A stretch of DNA of 39,846 bases from a virus. Taxonomy: Duplodnaviria; Caudoviricetes. The position numbers and the translations under genes were made by a program. Of the stretch, positions 35,641 through 39,846 are shown piece after piece (positions within the stretch are counted from its first letter, which is position 1; every line of letters starts with the position of its first letter). The notes beneath the pieces were generated by a model. That model ran no database searches. It was not told where the DNA came from and saw nothing but the letters and a program-made list of their open reading frames with translations. The stretch is from positions 1 to 39,846 of the IMG/VR virus record IMGVR_UViG_3300048895_000326. One strand, given 5' to 3'.

Positions 35641-36131
35641 TTAGGTTGATTCCTCTTCGTGGTCTTTTTGAGAAACTCGTCTCCGAAAACGTCTCCGTAG
35701 CGCGCGGCCATGCCGCCGCTGGAGCGAACCCCTGCGTCGGGGCGTGGCACTGGCGGCTCAGGCGCCCATGGCTGGTGGCATTCCAGGCACTCCCAGCGTC
35801 CGTTGATAGCAACGCCCACCGGCTTCGTCACGCCGTTCGATGAATATTCGCGACGCTGCGGCGATCTCGCGTGGGGGATGTCGGCGCACAAGCCGCACTT
35901 CACGACGTTCGGTGAGCGCTCTTCGCCTGGTGCCCGGTACACCATCCGGTCCATGCGCTCCGTGCGCGTCATGACGCAACCCATCTTGCGGCGCTCGGCC
36001 TGGCGCCTGGCTGCGTCGCGCTTCGCGCACCCTGGGAGCTTCTTCGCGTGCCCCGCCATGTGGGCGATGGATGCTCCGCAGCCGCATTCGCAGAACCGCG
36101 GCCGATTCGGGTCGAGCTTCTCAGCCGCCAC
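35637..36131 (-). CDS. Cys-rich putative zinc-binding protein
   Basis: FCECGCG, CGLC and CLEC motifs; start GTG 36131 or ATG 36197. Confidence 0.65.
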   Translation of the reverse strand: MAAEKLDPNRPRFCECGCGASIAHMAGHAKKLPGCAKRDAARRQAERRKMGCVMTRTERMDRMVYRAPGEERSPNVVKCGLCADIPHARSPQRREYSSNGVTKPVGVAINGRWECLECHQPWAPEPPVPRPDAGVRSSGGMAARYGDVFGDEFLKKTTKRNQPK

Positions 36132-36324
36132 GGTTGCTGCCCTTTTCGCAGAGGATATGCCGGATGACGTCCAGCGCTTGCGCGGCGTCCAGGACATTGC
36201 AGAGCCCCGGGGCCCCGATCCAGCTGGAGCCCTGAGCGTCGTTGATGACGTCGGCGATGCGTGCCAGCTTCGAGCCCTGCACGGCGCACGTGGCCTGCAG
36301 GGCTTCCAGGGTTTCGCGTCTCAT
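36121..36324 (-). CDS. Hypothetical protein
   Basis: ATGA overlap with the upstream gene. Confidence 0.5.
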   Translation of the reverse strand: MRRETLEALQATCAVQGSKLARIADVINDAQGSSWIGAPGLCNVLDAAQALDVIRHILCEKGSNRGG

Positions 36325-36584
36325 CGGCGCCCCAGGCTTTCTGCCACCAGCTCGAGCGCGTCAGCGTCGCTCAGGATGCTGGAACTGATGCGGTGCAAGC
36401 AGGCGCGGGCGATGAGGTCGGTGTTGCTCTGGGCGGCCACCTTGCGGATGGTCTCCGCCTCGCGGCGCAGGCGATCCGAACGAACCAGGATCTCCTGCTT
36501 CTGGCGAACCGCGGGCGGCGGCGCAAGGGTGGGCAGGCCAGCGGCGGCCCGGTGCTCGGCGTATTGCTTCGGTGAATTGCGCAT
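36321..36584 (-). CDS. Hypothetical protein
   Basis: GAGGAG RBS; directly downstream of an early-type promoter. Confidence 0.65.
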   Translation of the reverse strand: MRNSPKQYAEHRAAAGLPTLAPPPAVRQKQEILVRSDRLRREAETIRKVAAQSNTDLIARACLHRISSSILSDADALELVAESLGRR

Positions 36585-36602
36585 CTCGTCTCTCCTCTGT
36601 TG

Positions 36603-36636
36603 AATATGACCCCCAGCTCTGACCCGCGCAAGCTCA
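36603..36636 (-). promoter_or_regulatory. Sigma70-like promoter TTGCGC-17-CATATT (34-bp repeat, copy 1)
   Basis: 33 of 34 bases identical to 37959-37992. Confidence 0.75.
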
Positions 36637-36641
36637 AAAGG

Positions 36642-36908
36642 TCAGAATCGACATCGGGACCTCGGGGACTGCAGTTCCGTCCAGGTGTTCTCTGCGGCGC
36701 TGGGGTGGTGAACGCAGAGCGGGTGCCCACCGGTTCTATGGGTGTGGTGACACGCGCCCGAGCATCGGCAGGGGCGCTGGTTCGGCTTCACCAGGCGCAT
36801 GGCCTTGCAGAGCGGCCTGGCGGGCCTGCAGTCGCGCTTTCGGCACCAGGAGCAAACTCGGTAGCCATCCACGCGGATGCGCCGCGCGGGAAGGATCCTG
36901 GGGCGCAT
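36642..36908 (-). CDS. Cys/His-rich hypothetical protein
   Basis: TAATG coupling; PCRC..CHHTHRTGGHPLC. Confidence 0.55.
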   Translation of the reverse strand: MRPRILPARRIRVDGYRVCSWCRKRDCRPARPLCKAMRLVKPNQRPCRCSGACHHTHRTGGHPLCVHHPSAAENTWTELQSPRSRCRF

Positions 36909-37204
36909 TACTTGTAGGGGTGCCCGTCCAGCTTCAGGATCCATCCGACCGCCATGGCGGCCACCTGGACCAGCTCGGCACGAAGGCGCGCTTCGTAGGC
37001 TTCGACATCGGTGTCGCTGCGCCCGATGGTTTCGTTCACCTCATGCGCCACTTCGCCGACCTCCTCTGTCAGGGTCGACAGCGCCTCGAAGTCGGTCTGG
37101 ACCCCGATGACCTTCGCGAAGCGACCGGCCTTCTGGAGCTCGACGCCGCGATGCAGCTCATCCAGGACGTCGTCGCAGGCGTAGGAGCCGTATCGGTCGC
37201 TCAT
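36908..37204 (-). CDS. MazG-like nucleotide pyrophosphohydrolase
   Basis: LTEEVGEVA..LRAELVQVAAMAVGWI. Confidence 0.8.
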   Translation of the reverse strand: MSDRYGSYACDDVLDELHRGVELQKAGRFAKVIGVQTDFEALSTLTEEVGEVAHEVNETIGRSDTDVEAYEARLRAELVQVAAMAVGWILKLDGHPYK

Positions 37205-37422
37205 GACACCAGCCCCCTTACCACCAGGTCATCGAAAGCCTCGAGCGCTTCGGGTGACATCGGTTGCCAGCTGACGTCTGCGAAAGGGAACCCCTCGTCA
37301 TCGGCCTCGATATAGATCGAGCCATTGGTTCCGCAGACGCATGTCACCGGCGCGCCTTCGCGCACCTGGTCGTGCTCTATTTCGATATCGAAGCCGCACA
37401 CGGCGTGGATGAACGTGTTCAT
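37201..37422 (-). CDS. Small zinc-ribbon-like protein
   Basis: HAVCG..VTCVCG; ATGA overlaps at both ends. Confidence 0.55.
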   Translation of the reverse strand: MNTFIHAVCGFDIEIEHDQVREGAPVTCVCGTNGSIYIEADDEGFPFADVSWQPMSPEALEAFDDLVVRGLVS

Positions 37423-37595
37423 CGCTTCCCTTTCCGGGCGCGCATGATGGCGCGCTTGATGGTGCTGACGCTGACGCTGTAGGTATCCGCCAGGCTGGCG
37501 TAGGTCACGCCCTTGTAAGTGGCGTAGGTGATCTCGATGGCGGAACAATCCTCCGCCGACAGTTTGGGGGGTCTCCCCGCTCGAAGTCTGGTCAT
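37419..37595 (-). CDS. Hin/resolvase-type helix-turn-helix protein (58 aa), not in the ORF track
   Basis: MTRLRAGRPPKLSAEDCSAIEITYATYKGVTYASLADTYSVSVSTIKRAI; AAAGGA RBS. Confidence 0.75.
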   Translation of the reverse strand: MTRLRAGRPPKLSAEDCSAIEITYATYKGVTYASLADTYSVSVSTIKRAIMRARKGKR

Positions 37596-37609
37596 GGTTC
37601 CTTTCGAGA

Positions 37610-37691
37610 CCTGCTTGGCCTCAGTCCGCGCGCCGTGTGGGAGAACCCATCGGAGGTTTTCACGACGCGCAGGCTGGGGCCCCGAAGGGCC
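37610..37691 (-). ncRNA. Conserved structured RNA element, copy 2
   Basis: Same UUCG hairpin and about 21-bp stem as 31563-31661, with a different apical loop. Confidence 0.6.
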
Positions 37692-37700
37692 CGGTTGGTC

Positions 37701-37952
37701 TCAGTGCTGCCAGCAGGGCTTGCCCCAGCTGTAGCCTTCGCTCATCCGGTCCAGTTCTTCCGCCAGGCGGAACTGGAACTCATCGGCGGGGAAGGTCTCG
37801 CACGAGACCCCATCGGCGCCGCCCGTGCGCTCCACATGGACGCGCTTGTCTCCCACGCAGGCGAAGCGGACCGGGAGGTGATCCAGGTCGCCCTGGACGA
37901 CGCGGTTGGTCTTGTGGGTGGAGAAGGTCGCCTTGATTGCTGCGTTGGTCAT
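37701..37952 (-). CDS. Hypothetical protein, first gene of the leftward early block
   Basis: ATG 6 nt after a CATATT -10 box. Confidence 0.6.
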   Translation of the reverse strand: MTNAAIKATFSTHKTNRVVQGDLDHLPVRFACVGDKRVHVERTGGADGVSCETFPADEFQFRLAEELDRMSEGYSWGKPCWQH

Positions 37953-37958
37953 AGAGGT

Positions 37959-37992
37959 AATATGACCCCCAGCTCTGACCCGTGCAAGCTCA
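37959..37992 (-). promoter_or_regulatory. Sigma70-like promoter TTGCAC-17-CATATT (34-bp repeat, copy 2)
   Basis: Near-identical to 36603-36636; shares TTGCACGGGTCAGA with the promoter at 33283-33314. Confidence 0.75.
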
Positions 37993-38037
37993 GAGTTCAT
38001 AATTCTGAAGTTAGGCCCGGTGGGCGATAATCTGGCC

Positions 38038-39291
38038 ATGGGTATCTCCAGCACCGGGCAGACGACGGACTACGTCTACAACCCGGTTTCCGGGAAGTTT
38101 TTCGCCAACTACGCTACGACCGGCAAGGGCGGTGGCCTCACCCAAGTCGAGATCACTCCAGAGCAATACGACGCCGCGAAGGGCGCCGGCTCGGCCGCCA
38201 TCCTGAAGCAGGGCGCGACGACCGCGGCAACGGGGACGCTCATCCCACCCGCGGCGCCCCAGCAGCCCACCGTTCCGACACTGGACGACCTGAGCTCGGC
38301 GCTGGCGCCGCAGCCCGCCGCAGCTCCCCGTCTGGCGCCTGGCGTGGTGACCCCAGCGGCCTACGGGGCAGCGCTGAACGCTCGAGGGGCCGCTCCCCAG
38401 GCGCTGACGCCGGCACTCGCGCTGCGCCCGCAACCCCGCCCGGGTGACCCCATCCAGGGCATGGCGACGAACGCGCTGAAGAATGCGTCCCCGCTCCAGA
38501 CCCCGGCTAACTTCGTCGCGCCTGGCGCTCAGCCCCGACCGGGGCAGCCGGGCAGCGAGTCCCCGAACGAGATTAGCGACGGGCCGGCGCAGGTCGACCA
38601 GACGAAGATAAACGCCCTCCTCGGGAACGTGAACACGGCGAACGCTGGCATCCTGGGTATCGCACAGAACCAGAACGACCTTTCGCTGGCACAGGCTCAG
38701 CTGGCGAGCGGCGCCGAAGCGGCGGCACGCAGCGCGCTCGGTCAGGCCCGGTCGGGCAACACCCGTGATCGGGCGCTGAACGAACGGGCCGCCATCGGCG
38801 AGGGCTCGGCCATCGCCCAGCAGGCGAACCGAGACGCCGCGGTCCTCCGCGCGCAGGAGGAGGAAGCGAACCGCAAGCTCAGACTGGACGCCTACAAGGC
38901 TGCCGGCGATCTCGGACTGAACACCGCGGGGCTCCAGGTAGACGTCGCCAACCTGAACATGCAAGCGGCCACCCAGTACCTGAACAATCTCTTCGAGACG
39001 CAGCGAACCGGAATGCAGATCGACCAGCAGAAGGCGGAGATGTTGACCGGGTTCCTTCGCGACATGACGCTCATCTCTAAAGATTACTACGCCCTGAACA
39101 TGCAGGAACGTCAGAGCGTTCGCGACGACCTCACCCGCCGCTACGGATTCGACAAGCAGATGGAAGCAGAGGTGGCGCGTCTCGATGCTGAACCCGGCTT
39201 CTGGGAAAAGGCCGCGCTTGGCCTGGTATCAGGCGCAGGATCCGGCGCCGTCGCCATCGGCGCCAAACTTCTCACCGGAGGCGCACTCTAA
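38038..39291 (+). CDS. Putative DNA ejection/pilot protein (417 aa)
   Basis: Pro-rich N-terminus, Gln/Ala-rich helical core, C-terminal hydrophobic Gly-rich segment; CGATAAT at 38025-38031. Confidence 0.65.
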   Translation: MGISSTGQTTDYVYNPVSGKFFANYATTGKGGGLTQVEITPEQYDAAKGAGSAAILKQGATTAATGTLIPPAAPQQPTVPTLDDLSSALAPQPAAAPRLAPGVVTPAAYGAALNARGAAPQALTPALALRPQPRPGDPIQGMATNALKNASPLQTPANFVAPGAQPRPGQPGSESPNEISDGPAQVDQTKINALLGNVNTANAGILGIAQNQNDLSLAQAQLASGAEAAARSALGQARSGNTRDRALNERAAIGEGSAIAQQANRDAAVLRAQEEEANRKLRLDAYKAAGDLGLNTAGLQVDVANLNMQAATQYLNNLFETQRTGMQIDQQKAEMLTGFLRDMTLISKDYYALNMQERQSVRDDLTRRYGFDKQMEAEVARLDAEPGFWEKAALGLVSGAGSGAVAIGAKLLTGGAL

Positions 39292-39846
39292 TGCCGTTCG
39301 TTTCATTCGACCCCGACCCCACGAACCCCACCGTCGGCTGGGCCACAGACGAGCAAGGGCGCCAGGTGAACGTCTCCACGGCAGACATGCCGTCGCTCAC
39401 CACGCTTCCCCCGAGCTCGACCACCAGCTCGATGGCGCCGCCCGTCCAGAGCTCGGCGCCGCCACCGCCACCCGAGCCGATGATGAGCATGGCGCCCGAG
39501 GCGCTCTCCACCGCGCCGCCGCCCAGCGTAGGAACCGCGCGCACCGCGAGCGAGGTGTTATCGAAGCTCGACAAGGTGCCACGCTCCAACAGTGGCTTGG
39601 TCGCCAGCGGCAGGAGCACGACCACTATGGCCGGCCGCGACCCGAACGCCGTGGCTGCCGACGTTGCATCGGTGAACCAGACCACTGGCGACCTGGCGGG
39701 CGCCGTCACCCAGGCCGGGGACCAGCGGGCGCAGCGCGCGGAGACGCAGGCTCAGCACGGCGCCGGTCAGGCCGTGGCCGGCTTCTTTGACGCTCAGGCG
39801 GAACTCGCCGCGGCCGAAGCCGAGCGCAAAGCAGTTCACGAGCAAC
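39291..39846 (+). CDS. N-terminal part of the junction-spanning putative ejection protein (continues at 128-1209)
   Basis: TAATG coupling; MPFVSFDPDPTNPTVGW... open to the end of the window and in frame with 1-1209. Confidence 0.75.
   Translation, partial: MPFVSFDPDPTNPTVGWATDEQGRQVNVSTADMPSLTTLPPSSTTSSMAPPVQSSAPPPPPEPMMSMAPEALSTAPPPSVGTARTASEVLSKLDKVPRSNSGLVASGRSTTTMAGRDPNAVAADVASVNQTTGDLAGAVTQAGDQRAQRAETQAQHGAGQAVAGFFDAQAELAAAEAERKAVHEQ
39720..39846. repeat. Terminal direct repeat, copy 2
   Basis: Identical to 1-127. Confidence 0.97.

Overview
The window is an apparently complete, high-GC (roughly 68-70% by eye) tailed dsDNA phage genome of 39,719 bp. Bases 1-127 are repeated exactly at 39720-39846 (circular assembly overlap) and one gene runs across the junction. 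The gene set is podovirus-like: TerS, TerL, portal, scaffold, major capsid, adaptor, nozzle, collagen tail fibre and three candidate ejection proteins, with no tape measure or sheath. Replication and recombination genes are a TOPRIM primase/SF3 helicase, a PC4-like SSB with a DDDIPF tail, RusA and a 5'-3' exonuclease fused to a Rad52/Sak-like annealase. I recognised no integrase, DNA polymerase or endolysin. Most unusual features: (1) a sigma factor that appears to have region 2 only, together with eight exact CGATAAT boxes that mostly sit 5-7 nt before virion-gene start codons (-10-only, leaderless late promoters); (2) a self-contained cassette of three lipoprotein metzincins, one a likely pseudo-protease; (3) the exonuclease-annealase fusion; (4) a tandem double-GroES gene in the head operon; (5) a duplicated structured RNA element; (6) a CCCCATCA iteron-like candidate origin. 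All calls come from reading motifs by eye; no database searches were run.
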